Shown: in pieces, positions 37,125 to 46,972 of the stretch
Position numbering within the stretch: position 1 is the first letter of the stretch
Layout: the number at the start of each line of letters is the position of its first letter
Origin: an uncultured Staphylococcaceae bacterium
GTDB lineage: Bacteria > Bacillota_I > Bacilli_A > RFN20 > CAG-826
NCBI GenBank assembly: GCA_964608215.1
Contig: CAZSMV010000001.1
Span: forward strand, 1,410 to 65,409
Direction: 5' to 3'
Length of the DNA: 64,000 nucleotides
Notes under the pieces: generated by a model
What the model was told of the DNA's origin: nothing
The model's input: only the letters and a program-made list of their open reading frames with translations
The model's database searches: none
Made by a program: the position numbers and the translations under genes

Positions 37125-38075
37125 ATGAATAAAGAAATCAATCCAAAAAGAATAAAAATTTTATGGCTTGGGACACCATTAATTAGCGCAATCGTTTTAG
37201 AAAAACTTATTAAGGAAAATTATAATATTGTTGGTGTAGTCGCGCAAATTGATAAACCGGTTGGGAGAAAAATGAAATGTGAACCAGTGCCTACTAAAGT
37301 TGTTGCTAATAAGTATTCAATTCCTATTTATCAACCAGTAAAAATAAGGAATGAATTTGAATTTATTAAAGATATTAAACCCGATTTAATTATTACTTTA
37401 GCTTATGGACAAATTATTCCTCATGAGATGCTAATAATTCCAACTTTTGGATGCCTAAACCTACATGGTTCTTTACTTCCAAAATATCGTGGGGCTGCTC
37501 CTATGCAATATGCACTTTTAAATGGAGACAAAATTACTGGCATTACCTTAATGGAGATGGTTGACAAAATGGATGCAGGAAAAATGTATTATAAAAAAGA
37601 AATTAGAATTGAAGATGAGGATAATATTGATTCTTTGACTTTAAAAATGGCTAATTGTGCATATGAGACTTTAGTTGAAGGCTTACCAGACTATTTAAAT
37701 GGTTTAAATAATGGAATTGAGCAAGATGAAAATCTTGCTACTTTTACTTCAAAAATAAAACCAGAAGATCAAATAATTTCTTTTGATGATAGTGCTAAAA
37801 ATATTCATAATAAAATTAGGGCTCTTAATTCTGAACCTGGTTGTTATTTTGTTTATAAAAATGTTAATTATAAAGTTGGTAGTAGTAGAATAGTAGATAA
37901 TAAGTGCAAAGTTGGTGAAATTATAAATTATGATAAGAATGGATTATATATAGGAACAGCTGATAAAATATTGCAAATAATATCTATTCAAAAACCAGGT
38001 AAGAAGATGATGTCTATTTCTGACTTTTTTAATGGGAATAGAAATTTATTTATTAAGGGTGATTTTTTAGAATAA
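37125..38075 (+). CDS. fmt: methionyl-tRNA formyltransferase
   Basis: ILWLGTP, HGSLLPKYRGAAP motifs. Start moved to ATG 37125 because the TTG at 37104 overlaps a TATAAT box. Confidence 0.88.
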   Translation: MNKEINPKRIKILWLGTPLISAIVLEKLIKENYNIVGVVAQIDKPVGRKMKCEPVPTKVVANKYSIPIYQPVKIRNEFEFIKDIKPDLIITLAYGQIIPHEMLIIPTFGCLNLHGSLLPKYRGAAPMQYALLNGDKITGITLMEMVDKMDAGKMYYKKEIRIEDEDNIDSLTLKMANCAYETLVEGLPDYLNGLNNGIEQDENLATFTSKIKPEDQIISFDDSAKNIHNKIRALNSEPGCYFVYKNVNYKVGSSRIVDNKCKVGEIINYDKNGLYIGTADKILQIISIQKPGKKMMSISDFFNGNRNLFIKGDFLE

Positions 38076-40423
38076 TGCCAATATTACTTAAATTAAGCGT
38101 TCATCAAATGGTGGATTTTTTGCTAAGACAAGGAGATATCGATGATAGAATTTTTAATTCCGAGACAATGGAAGAAGGGACTAAAATTCATCGTAGTTTT
38201 CAGCTTAAGCAAAAAAATAATTATATAAGTGAAGTTGATTTAAAAACAACAATTAAATACGGCATTTATGATGTTATATTGCATGGAAGAGCGGATGGTG
38301 TAATTTTAGAAAATCCCATTACAATTGATGAAATTAAATCGACTAATTCATCATTATTGGAGTTTAACGATCAAAATGAAGAATGGCATTTAGGTCAAGC
38401 TGAATGTTATGCATACATGTATGCTAAAATACATAACTTAAAAAGAATTAATATTAGACTTACGTATATTTCACAAAGTAATAAAAAATGTTTATATAAG
38501 TTTTTCGAATATACTTTTGATGAATTAGAAATAAAAATAACTGATTTAATAAGTAGGTATATAAGTTTCTATGAAATTATTGAAGAAAAGAAAAAAGAAA
38601 AAGAAATCTCGATTAAGTCATTAGTTTTTCCATTTTCATTAAGAAAAGGACAAAGTGAAATCATTAAAACAAGTGAGAAAACTATAATTGATAGAAAATG
38701 TAGATTCATTGAAGCAAGCACTGGCTTAGGCAAAACTATTAGTGTTATTTTTGGAGCATTAAAGGGTTCACTGAAGGCAAAAACAGATAAATTATTTTTT
38801 CTATGCGCTAAGAATAGTGGTTTTAAGAGCGCAAACGATTGTTTAAATGAATTAAGAAAAAGTGGTTTGAAAATTACAAGTTGTGAAATAATAGCAAAAG
38901 AAAAGATGTGCTCAAATAAAAATCACGGATGTCTACCAGAATGTAACCCAGATGTTTGTCCTTTTGCAAAAGATTATTACACTAAATTGAATGCTGTTTT
39001 TACTAAAATTTTAAATGAATATGATAATTTTGATAGCGATACAATTTTAAAAATAGCTAACATAAACAAAATATGTCCATTCGAATTATCCTTGGACATT
39101 TCGTCATATTGCGATTTTATTATTTGCGATTATAACTATGTTTTTCACCCAATAAGTTATCTAAAAAGGTTTTTTGATGGTGTTGATTATAAATATAGTA
39201 AATTTTTAATGATTGATGAAGCACATAATTTGATTGATAGGAGTAGAGATATGTTCTCAACTTCTTTAAGTTATAAAAGTTATTTAAAAGCAAAAAAAGA
39301 TTATGAAAAAGTTAAGACTAAATCCTTAATAAATATTATTAATAAGTTAGATAATGATTTTAAATTGTTTGATAATTTTCAATGCGAAACTGAGAACTTG
39401 CTTTTAGAAACGATTGATCAAAGTTTTATAAATCATTTAGAAAAATTTAAAAATGAAACTAAAGATTATCAAAAGAAGCATCCAAAATTTAAACTTAGAT
39501 GGAGCAAAGACTTTTCACTTGATGTTCATAAATTTTTAACAATATATGAATTTTTAGATGATAACTATCGTATTTATTTCAATCGTGAAACACTTGATGA
39601 TTTCACTATTTTCTTAAAGTGCATTGATGCTTCAAGATATATTCAAAACAAAATAGAGTCTTGTGATGGCACTATTTTATTTAGCGGCACTTTAACACCT
39701 ATTGATTATTATAAAAAGTCATTATTTACGAATGGAGAATATGAATCAATTGAACTTACCTCACCTTTTGAAGATTGCAATTTGAAAGTATTAATTAATG
39801 CCGAGATATCTATTAAATATAAAGATAGACTTGAAACACTTGATTTGGTTATTAAAAATATAAACACATTTATAACTAGGAAAGTAGGAAATTATATTGT
39901 TTATGTTCCATCTTTTGAATATTTAAGGTTAATTAGAAATAAATATAGAAATAGTAAGATTAATATGTTTTTTCAGGATGAATTAATGGGCAATAATGAG
40001 AAAACCGAATTTTTAACCAAATTTAAACCAAATCCAACAATATCAACGGTTGGAATTTGTGTATTAGGTGGTTCTTTTGGCGAAGGAATTGATCTTGTTG
40101 CTGATAGATTAATTGGTGTTGCAATAGTGGGGGTTGGGCTTCCTTCTATAAGCTTTGATAATAACTTGATTAAAGATTATTATTCAAATATTGGGCTTGA
40201 TGGCTATACTTTTGCATATGTGAACCCTGGAATTAATAAGATAATGCAAGCTGTTGGTAGAGTGATTCGTAGTGAAAATGATCGTGGTATAGCTCTTTTA
40301 ATTGATGAACGTTATTCCTATAAAGCTTATAGTTATTTATTTCAAAATAATTGGAAAAATCACAAGTTTATTAAATCAATAGATAGTTTAGAAAAAGAAA
40401 TAGATTCTTTTTATAAAGATTAA
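38075..40423 (+). CDS. XPD/DinG-family (Rad3-like) Fe-S helicase with an N-terminal PD-(D/E)xK (RecB-like) nuclease domain
   Basis: Nuclease: GRADGV...IDEIKS...QAECYAYMY. Helicase: ASTGLGKT, Cys cluster CSNKNHGCLPECNPDVCPF, MIDEAHNL, FSGTL, QAVGRVIRSENDRG. Confidence 0.75.
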   Translation: MPILLKLSVHQMVDFLLRQGDIDDRIFNSETMEEGTKIHRSFQLKQKNNYISEVDLKTTIKYGIYDVILHGRADGVILENPITIDEIKSTNSSLLEFNDQNEEWHLGQAECYAYMYAKIHNLKRINIRLTYISQSNKKCLYKFFEYTFDELEIKITDLISRYISFYEIIEEKKKEKEISIKSLVFPFSLRKGQSEIIKTSEKTIIDRKCRFIEASTGLGKTISVIFGALKGSLKAKTDKLFFLCAKNSGFKSANDCLNELRKSGLKITSCEIIAKEKMCSNKNHGCLPECNPDVCPFAKDYYTKLNAVFTKILNEYDNFDSDTILKIANINKICPFELSLDISSYCDFIICDYNYVFHPISYLKRFFDGVDYKYSKFLMIDEAHNLIDRSRDMFSTSLSYKSYLKAKKDYEKVKTKSLINIINKLDNDFKLFDNFQCETENLLLETIDQSFINHLEKFKNETKDYQKKHPKFKLRWSKDFSLDVHKFLTIYEFLDDNYRIYFNRETLDDFTIFLKCIDASRYIQNKIESCDGTILFSGTLTPIDYYKKSLFTNGEYESIELTSPFEDCNLKVLINAEISIKYKDRLETLDLVIKNINTFITRKVGNYIVYVPSFEYLRLIRNKYRNSKINMFFQDELMGNNEKTEFLTKFKPNPTISTVGICVLGGSFGEGIDLVADRLIGVAIVGVGLPSISFDNNLIKDYYSNIGLDGYTFAYVNPGINKIMQAVGRVIRSENDRGIALLIDERYSYKAYSYLFQNNWKNHKFIKSIDSLEKEIDSFYKD

Positions 40424-40447
40424 CTTTTTATGATATAATCACACACG

Positions 40448-42259
40448 ATGAAATACGAACAAAGTAAAATTAGAAATTTTTCAATTATTGCGCATATAGA
40501 TCATGGCAAATCTACTTTCTGTGATAGAATTTTAGAGTTGACTAACACAATCACAAAAAGAGAGATGGTTAGCCAAGTTTTAGATTCCATGGATCTTGAA
40601 AGAGAAAGAGGGATTACTATTAAATTAAATGCAGTAACGGTTGAATATAAAGCAGATGATGGAAACACATATATTTTTAATTTAATTGATACTCCAGGGC
40701 ATGTAGATTTTAGTTATGAAGTTAGCAGAAGTTTAGCTGCATGTGAAGGAGCTTTGCTTTTAATAGATGCAACGCAAGGTGTACAAGCTCAAACATTAGC
40801 AAATATGTATTTAGCTGTTGATAATGATTTATGGATTGTTCCTGTTATTAATAAAATTGATTTGCCAAGCGCTTCAATTGATTTATGCAAATCTGAAATT
40901 ACTAATAGATTGGGACTTGATGGTAATGATAGTTGTTTGATTAGTGCAAAAACTGGTGTTGGGATTAAGGAAGTTCTAGAAAAAGTTGTTGCAGAAATTC
41001 CTTCTCCTTCAGGAAGTAATGATAATCCTTTAAAGGCTCTTATATTTGATAGTTTTTATGATTCTTATCGTGGAGTCGTTGTTTTTATAAGGATTAAAGA
41101 TGGTTGTGTTAAAGTTGGTGATAAAATACACTTAATGACTAATAATCAAGATTATATTGTCACAGAACTTGGTATCAGGACTCCAAAAGAAATAAAAAGT
41201 GATGCATTGTATTGTGGTGAAGTTGGATATTTATGTGCACAAATTAAAGATATTAAAGATGTCATGGTTGGTGATACTATTACTAAAACAGATAATCCAG
41301 CAAAAGAAAAATTACCTGGCTATCGTAAAATTACACCAATGGTTTATTGTGGAATCTATCCTACAGATTCTCAAAAATATGAAGATTTGAAAGTTGCTCT
41401 TGAGAAACTTTGTTTAAATGATGCTTCTTTAGTGTACGAGCCAGAAACTTCTCAAGCTCTAGGTTTTGGTTTTAGATGTGGATTTTTGGGTTTGTTACAT
41501 ATGGACGTTATTCAAGAAAGACTTGAAAGAGAGTATGGTCTTGATTTGATTTTGACAGCCCCATCAGTTATTTATAAGGTTAATTTAACTTCCGGTGAAC
41601 AAATTAGTTTAACTAATCCAAGTGAATTACCAGAACTAAGTAAAGTATCTTCAATTGAAGAACCATTTGTTGCAGTTGAAATAATGACTCCAAAAGAATT
41701 TGTTGGTCCCTTAATGCAACTTTGCCAAGATAGAAGAGGAGTTTACAAAGATTTAGAATATTTTGATGATACTCGTAATATCCTTAAATACGATATGCCG
41801 TTATGTGAAATAATCTTTAATTTTTTTGATAAATTAAAAAGTTATTCGAAAGGTTATGCTTCTTTAGATTATGAACTTGTTGATTATAGAGCCACAAATT
41901 TAACGAAAATGGATATTTTATTAAATGGCGATCCAGTCGATGCTTTGTCATCTATTGTTTATAGAGGAAGTGCTTATAATAGAGCTTTAAAACTTGTTAG
42001 TAAATTAAAAGATGTCATTCCTAGACAACAATTTGAAGTACCGATCCAAGCTGCTATTGGAGGAAAAGTTATAGCTAGAGCAAATGTAAAAGCAGTTAGA
42101 AAAGATGTTTTAGCGAAATGCTATGGTGGAGATATTACAAGAAAACGAAAGCTTTTAGAAAAACAAAAAGAAGGAAAAAAACGTATGAAAGCTATAGGTT
42201 CTGTTGAAGTACCTCAGGAAGCATTTATGTCTATTCTTTCTATAGATGATGAAGATTAA
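40448..42259 (+). CDS. lepA: elongation factor 4
   Basis: [28 protein letters not shown], LepA C-terminal domain. Confidence 0.95.
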   Translation: MKYEQSKIRNFSIIAHIDHGKSTFCDRILELTNTITKREMVSQVLDSMDLERERGITIKLNAVTVEYKADDGNTYIFNLIDTPGHVDFSYEVSRSLAACEGALLLIDATQGVQAQTLANMYLAVDNDLWIVPVINKIDLPSASIDLCKSEITNRLGLDGNDSCLISAKTGVGIKEVLEKVVAEIPSPSGSNDNPLKALIFDSFYDSYRGVVVFIRIKDGCVKVGDKIHLMTNNQDYIVTELGIRTPKEIKSDALYCGEVGYLCAQIKDIKDVMVGDTITKTDNPAKEKLPGYRKITPMVYCGIYPTDSQKYEDLKVALEKLCLNDASLVYEPETSQALGFGFRCGFLGLLHMDVIQERLEREYGLDLILTAPSVIYKVNLTSGEQISLTNPSELPELSKVSSIEEPFVAVEIMTPKEFVGPLMQLCQDRRGVYKDLEYFDDTRNILKYDMPLCEIIFNFFDKLKSYSKGYASLDYELVDYRATNLTKMDILLNGDPVDALSSIVYRGSAYNRALKLVSKLKDVIPRQQFEVPIQAAIGGKVIARANVKAVRKDVLAKCYGGDITRKRKLLEKQKEGKKRMKAIGSVEVPQEAFMSILSIDDED

Positions 42260-42301
42260 ATTTTACTAGTCGTTTTTTAGTAATAAAATAGTTAATTATA
42301 A

Positions 42302-42330
42302 TTGTAAAATTTACTAGTTAAATTTATAAT
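42302..42330 (+). promoter_or_regulatory. candidate promoter with an embedded TTTACTAGT repeat
   Basis: TTGTAA, 17 nt, TATAAT. TTTACTAGT at 42310-42318 lies in the spacer, and a second copy is at 42262-42270. Confidence 0.45.
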
Positions 42331-42361
42331 TTAAAAAGTATGAATTTTTGGAGGAAAACAC

Positions 42362-43783
42362 ATGAACAATACTCAACTAGCTATTAAGTTCAGTAATGAA
42401 AAATATTGTACTAAAAAAGAAGTTGTAGAGGCAATGAAGACACCATTAATTGATAGTGTTTGGAATTCGGTCTTGGAATATAGATCTAATTTTTCAGTCG
42501 TTTTACCTTTAAAACATATTAATAACACATCTTATTCTGTATGTATAACTCCAAATATGAGCGATAGATTATGCAGTATTGACAGAAAATTATCGAAGTT
42601 ATCGACTAATTTTGATCGTATAAGCAATCAGACTGATGGTAAATTATTTGAAGTTAGATCATATGTTAAAATTTTACAATGTGTTGCAAGAAGATATGGC
42701 TTAAAGTTGGAAGATTCTGTTGTTGAAAATATTGTTAATGGAAATATATCAACTTTATCTCCAGATTTAATGATTTTAAATAGATACTATCAATGTTTAT
42801 TAGATATTGAGAAAGATCCGATTTCACCAATCAATGATGAGTTATTAAGTAAGTATTATGGTTTCTTGCTTGGAACAACCGAATTAAATAAATTTTATAG
42901 GACTGAAGAAATTCAAGGGAACATGAGTAAAACTTTGATTGGCAAGGTGTATTTAGGAGTACCTGTTAATACAATTGAAAGAAATATGCAGCAACTTTAC
43001 TCTTTTTTAGAAACTTCACATGTTTCTATGTTTATTAGAGCGTTAAGTGCTTTCTATTTTATATATTATGTTAAACCTTTTGATGAATATACCGAAGAAA
43101 TTGCAACTTTGGTCATGAAGAAGGTTTTAGCATTGAATGATATTGGCAGTTTTAGTTCATTAATTGATTTTGAAGATTTAATTTCTAATAAAGAAGAGTT
43201 AGAAAATGTAATTATTGAATCACAAAAATCGTTTGATTTAACATATTTAGTTGACTATATTCTTGAAAAAGCTGATCCAATGCTCCAAGAAATGCAAGAA
43301 TGTTTGTTTGATTCCCAAAAAACAGTTATGCATTATGAAATGAATCAGCCGGAAGAAAATAATATTTTAAATAAGATTGAAAGTGTAAATGCTAGCAACG
43401 AAAATTCTTTTAAGAATATTCCAACTTCACCAATTAATAATGTTGTTGAAACAAAAGTTGAACAGCCAAAAGTTGAAGGAATTATTGATTATAATCAATC
43501 GATAGCTATTAGCAATTTGCCAACAGGGTTAAGCGAAGAAGAAGCTATAAGACTTGAAAATCATTTAATGGAATTAAATCCAAACTTAAGTCATGGTCAA
43601 GCATATTTTTATGCAAGACATTGTACTCTAGGAATGAATTATACAATTTCTCAATATAAGAAGGAACTAGGCTGTGCCTATGAAACTGCACGAAGTAGTA
43701 TGGATCATTTGGTATATCTTGGCTACTATAGAAAAGAATTGTTAAAAAATAAATATATTTATACTCCAGTTAAGAAAGGTTGA
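42362..43783 (+). CDS. Fic-fold-like protein with a degenerate active-site motif and a C-terminal winged-helix-like region
   Basis: KFYRTEEI...VYLGVPVNTIERNMQQLYSFL...ALSAFYFIYYVKPFDEYTEEIATLV parallels the Fic core, but HPF.DGNGR is replaced by KPFDEYTEE. The C-terminal YETARSSMDHLVYLGYY is wHTH-like. Confidence 0.5.
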   Translation: MNNTQLAIKFSNEKYCTKKEVVEAMKTPLIDSVWNSVLEYRSNFSVVLPLKHINNTSYSVCITPNMSDRLCSIDRKLSKLSTNFDRISNQTDGKLFEVRSYVKILQCVARRYGLKLEDSVVENIVNGNISTLSPDLMILNRYYQCLLDIEKDPISPINDELLSKYYGFLLGTTELNKFYRTEEIQGNMSKTLIGKVYLGVPVNTIERNMQQLYSFLETSHVSMFIRALSAFYFIYYVKPFDEYTEEIATLVMKKVLALNDIGSFSSLIDFEDLISNKEELENVIIESQKSFDLTYLVDYILEKADPMLQEMQECLFDSQKTVMHYEMNQPEENNILNKIESVNASNENSFKNIPTSPINNVVETKVEQPKVEGIIDYNQSIAISNLPTGLSEEEAIRLENHLMELNPNLSHGQAYFYARHCTLGMNYTISQYKKELGCAYETARSSMDHLVYLGYYRKELLKNKYIYTPVKKG

Positions 43784-43788
43784 TAAAA

Positions 43789-44070
43789 ATGAGATTGATT
43801 GTTTTAGCCAGTAATGGTCTTAATGTTTTTTGGATTTTAATTGCTCTTATCGCATTTTTTGCGATTGTTGCACTTGTTGTGTTTTTCTTGAGAAAATATT
43901 TAAAAATTAGTAATAAAAACGAAAAACCAACTGATGAAGTTAAAATTGCCGATGAAAATTTATCACGTTATTTGCAAGATGTTGATGATGATGAAACTAA
44001 AAAGCAATTTGATAATTATGCAAAAGAACATCAAAATGATTTAGATGAGAATGAAAAGGAAAATAAATAG
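43789..44070 (+). CDS. small single-pass membrane protein with an acidic tail
   Basis: One TM helix (VFWILIALIAFFAIVALVVFFL). Start set at ATG 43789. Confidence 0.5.
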   Translation: MRLIVLASNGLNVFWILIALIAFFAIVALVVFFLRKYLKISNKNEKPTDEVKIADENLSRYLQDVDDDETKKQFDNYAKEHQNDLDENEKENK

Positions 44071-45157
44071 TTTATATATACATATTCCTTTTTGCAGAAA
44101 TATTTGTCCTTATTGTGATTTTGTGAAACTTTACAAAACTAGTGATTTTGAGGATAGATATATTGATCAATTATTAAAAGATTTGTCTTTAGTTAAGGGC
44201 AAATTTTTTAAGTTTAAAACTATATATATTGGCGGTGGAACACCATCATATCTTTCTTTTATAAATTTGGAAAAAGTATTGCTTGTATGCAGCAAAATGC
44301 ATACAAGCAACTATGAATTTTCAATTGAAGCTAACCCAGAGGATATTAATGAAAATTTTCTTAAATTAATAAAAAAATATGGCGTAAATCGTTTATCGAT
44401 AGGCATTCAAACTTTTGACGAAAAAATTTTAAATTCAATAAATAGAAATTATCATTTGAATTATAAGAAGATGATTGATTTAGTTAAAAAATATATTTAT
44501 AACATAAACCTTGATTTTATATATGGATTACCTGGTTATAATAAGAGGGTTTTGAGCAATGATTTAAAGACCTTTTTTGAACTAGATGTTAATCACGCTT
44601 CTTTTTATAGCCTAATAGTTAGCCATGGTACGTTATTTTTTAATAATGGCGTTAAAGAAATTGATGAAGATGCATCATGTGAATACTATCTTAATATTTT
44701 AAGAGAAATGAGAAAACATGGTTTTGAACGTTACGAAGTAAGCAATTATTCAAAAAAAGGTTATGAATGCAAACATAATTTAACGTATTGGAAAAACAAA
44801 GAATATGTAGGTATTGGTTTAAATAGCAGTGGATATATTAATAATATTAGATATAAAAATACAACAAATTTTTCTGATTATATTTCTGGGAAAAATGATA
44901 TCAAAAAAGAAGAGATTACTTATAAACAACTAGAAGAATACTATTTAATTACTAACTTACGTTTATCTAAAGGCTTCAGTTTAAAAGAATATAAAAAAAT
45001 TTTCGGGATTGATTTTATTAAAAAATATAAAAACGAAATTGATTTAATGATTAAGAAAAAACAAGTTTATGTTGATAGAAATAATTTTGCATGTACTGAT
45101 ACAGGATTATTGGTACTTGATCTTGTTTTATTAAGGCTATTTGAGCATGAAAAATAA
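44045..45157 (+). CDS. hemW: radical SAM heme chaperone HemW (HemN-like)
   Basis: HIPFCRNICPYCDF (C.3C.2C). Conserved lepA-hemW-hrcA neighbourhood. Confidence 0.85.
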   Translation: MRMKRKINSLYIHIPFCRNICPYCDFVKLYKTSDFEDRYIDQLLKDLSLVKGKFFKFKTIYIGGGTPSYLSFINLEKVLLVCSKMHTSNYEFSIEANPEDINENFLKLIKKYGVNRLSIGIQTFDEKILNSINRNYHLNYKKMIDLVKKYIYNINLDFIYGLPGYNKRVLSNDLKTFFELDVNHASFYSLIVSHGTLFFNNGVKEIDEDASCEYYLNILREMRKHGFERYEVSNYSKKGYECKHNLTYWKNKEYVGIGLNSSGYINNIRYKNTTNFSDYISGKNDIKKEEITYKQLEEYYLITNLRLSKGFSLKEYKKIFGIDFIKKYKNEIDLMIKKKQVYVDRNNFACTDTGLLVLDLVLLRLFEHEK

Positions 45158-45191
45158 AGACTAAATCGGAATTTTATGATATTTAAAACTT

Positions 45192-45218
45192 TTAGCAATT
45201 TAGACTTGACAGTGCTAA
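45192..45218. promoter_or_regulatory. CIRCE operator 1, overlapping the -35 box
   Basis: TTAGCAATT-N9-CAGTGCTAA versus consensus TTAGCACTC-N9-GAGTGCTAA (15/18 matches). Confidence 0.8.
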
Positions 45219-45233
45219 TTTTCTTTTTATAAT
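45206..45233 (+). promoter_or_regulatory. hrcA operon promoter
   Basis: TTGACA, 16 nt, TATAAT. Confidence 0.7.
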
Positions 45234-45237
45234 ATAT

Positions 45238-45264
45238 TTAGCACTTGAAGACATGGGGTGCTAG
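45238..45264. promoter_or_regulatory. CIRCE operator 2, downstream of the -10 box
   Basis: TTAGCACTT-N9-GGGTGCTAG (15/18 matches to consensus). Confidence 0.8.
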
Positions 45265-45275
45265 AAAGGTAAAAC

Positions 45276-46331
45276 ATGAGTTTATCAAGAAAAGATTACA
45301 TACTTAAGCTTATCGTTGAAGATTTTATTAAAACGGCGATACCTGTTGGAAGTAATTATTTAATAAATAAATATAATCTTCCTTATAGTAGTGCAACTGT
45401 TAGAAATGAAATGGCTTCATTAGAAGAAGATGGTTTAATTGAAAAAACACATACTAGTAGTGGAAGAGTCCCATCAACTCTTGGCTACAAATATTATGTC
45501 AATAATTTAAAATCGAATTCTGTTGATTCAAAGCTTAAAAACGAGTTAAAGGTTGTTTTTGATAATACAAAATCAGTTGAAGATGTTTTAGGTGAATCTT
45601 GTAAAGTTTTATCAAATATGACAAATCTCGTAAGTGTATATCTTGGTCCTAATTCAAACAAAGAGAGATTAATAAGTGTTCAATTAATTCCTATTAGTAA
45701 AACAAGTGCGACAGCAATATTTGTAACTGATAGAGGTTATGTTGAAAACAAGACATTTATCTTTGATAAAAATGTAAATCTCGATGATTTATCAAAATCG
45801 ATAAAACTTATAAATGATAGGATTACTGGAACTTATATCAGTGAATTACCTGATAAACTTGAATCAATTAAGCCTTTATTAAAAGATTATATTAACGATT
45901 ACACCTATATTTTTAATTCAATTGCTAAGGCTTTCTTCGAATTTGCATCTGAAAGGAGCGAATTTTATGGAGAGAATAATTTAATTAGTCAACCTGAATT
46001 TAAGGATAATCCTGAAGAATTGAAGAAGATTTTTGATTTATTCTCAAAGCCTGAAAATCTTGTTGATATGTTGCAAAGTCATGATGATATCGGAACAATC
46101 GATGCAGATTCAAATAGCAACATCAAATCTTTCGATAATTTAGCTATTATCAGTAAAGAAATAAAAATTCCTGATTCTGATAAAGAACTTGGAAGAATAG
46201 CAATTGTTGGACCAAAACGTATGGATTATGGGAAAGTTCTTAACGCATTGGATTATGTTGTTAAAGAACTTATGAGCCATTTGTCTAATACAGATATAGT
46301 CGTTCAGGAGGATAATAAAAAGAATGGATAA
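45276..46331 (+). CDS. hrcA: heat-inducible transcription repressor HrcA
   Basis: N-terminal wHTH (PVGSNYL...SSATVRNEM..LE..GL). Operon position. Confidence 0.92.
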   Translation: MSLSRKDYILKLIVEDFIKTAIPVGSNYLINKYNLPYSSATVRNEMASLEEDGLIEKTHTSSGRVPSTLGYKYYVNNLKSNSVDSKLKNELKVVFDNTKSVEDVLGESCKVLSNMTNLVSVYLGPNSNKERLISVQLIPISKTSATAIFVTDRGYVENKTFIFDKNVNLDDLSKSIKLINDRITGTYISELPDKLESIKPLLKDYINDYTYIFNSIAKAFFEFASERSEFYGENNLISQPEFKDNPEELKKIFDLFSKPENLVDMLQSHDDIGTIDADSNSNIKSFDNLAIISKEIKIPDSDKELGRIAIVGPKRMDYGKVLNALDYVVKELMSHLSNTDIVVQEDNKKNG

Positions 46332-46953
46332 CGAAGAAAAAATAAATAGTGAAGAAAAAAAAGAAGAGGAGAAAAAAGAATCTTCTAATATAGATTTTAA
46401 AAAAGCTTATAAAGAAAAAATAAATAAGAAAGAAGAAGAAATTAAGAAATTAAAAGTTGATCTTGATCATTGGAAAAATGAATACTATAAAGCATATGCT
46501 GACATGGCTAATCTAAGAAAATCCATGGAAAAAGATCAAAGGGAGGCATTTAAGTATCGAATTGAAGGTTTTGCACAAAATTTGCTTCAAGTATTAGATG
46601 CATTCGATATGGCTTTTAAACAAGAAGCGACTAATGAAGTTGTTAAAAATTATCTTGTTGGATTTCAATATGTTTATAAGCAATTAGTTAATATTTTAAC
46701 GGATGAAGGGATTGTCGAGATAGAACCAAAAATAGGTGATAAATTCGATGAAACTACTATGCATGCAGTTGATACAGTTGAAGATGATGGCGATGAAAAC
46801 ATTGTTAAAAAGATTAATTTAAAAGGTTATAAACTTTACGAACATCTAATTCGTCCAGCAATGGTTGTTGTTACAAAAAAACCAAACATTGAAAAGAAAG
46901 AAGTAGATGATAAAGAAGATATAAAGGAAAAAGAAGATACAGAAGTCAAATAA
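46324..46953 (+). CDS. grpE: nucleotide exchange factor GrpE
   Basis: [12 protein letters not shown]..., DAFD, MHAV motifs. Confidence 0.9.
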   Translation: MDNEEKINSEEKKEEEKKESSNIDFKKAYKEKINKKEEEIKKLKVDLDHWKNEYYKAYADMANLRKSMEKDQREAFKYRIEGFAQNLLQVLDAFDMAFKQEATNEVVKNYLVGFQYVYKQLVNILTDEGIVEIEPKIGDKFDETTMHAVDTVEDDGDENIVKKINLKGYKLYEHLIRPAMVVVTKKPNIEKKEVDDKEDIKEKEDTEVK

Positions 46954-46972
46954 AATTAGGAGGTTATATTTT

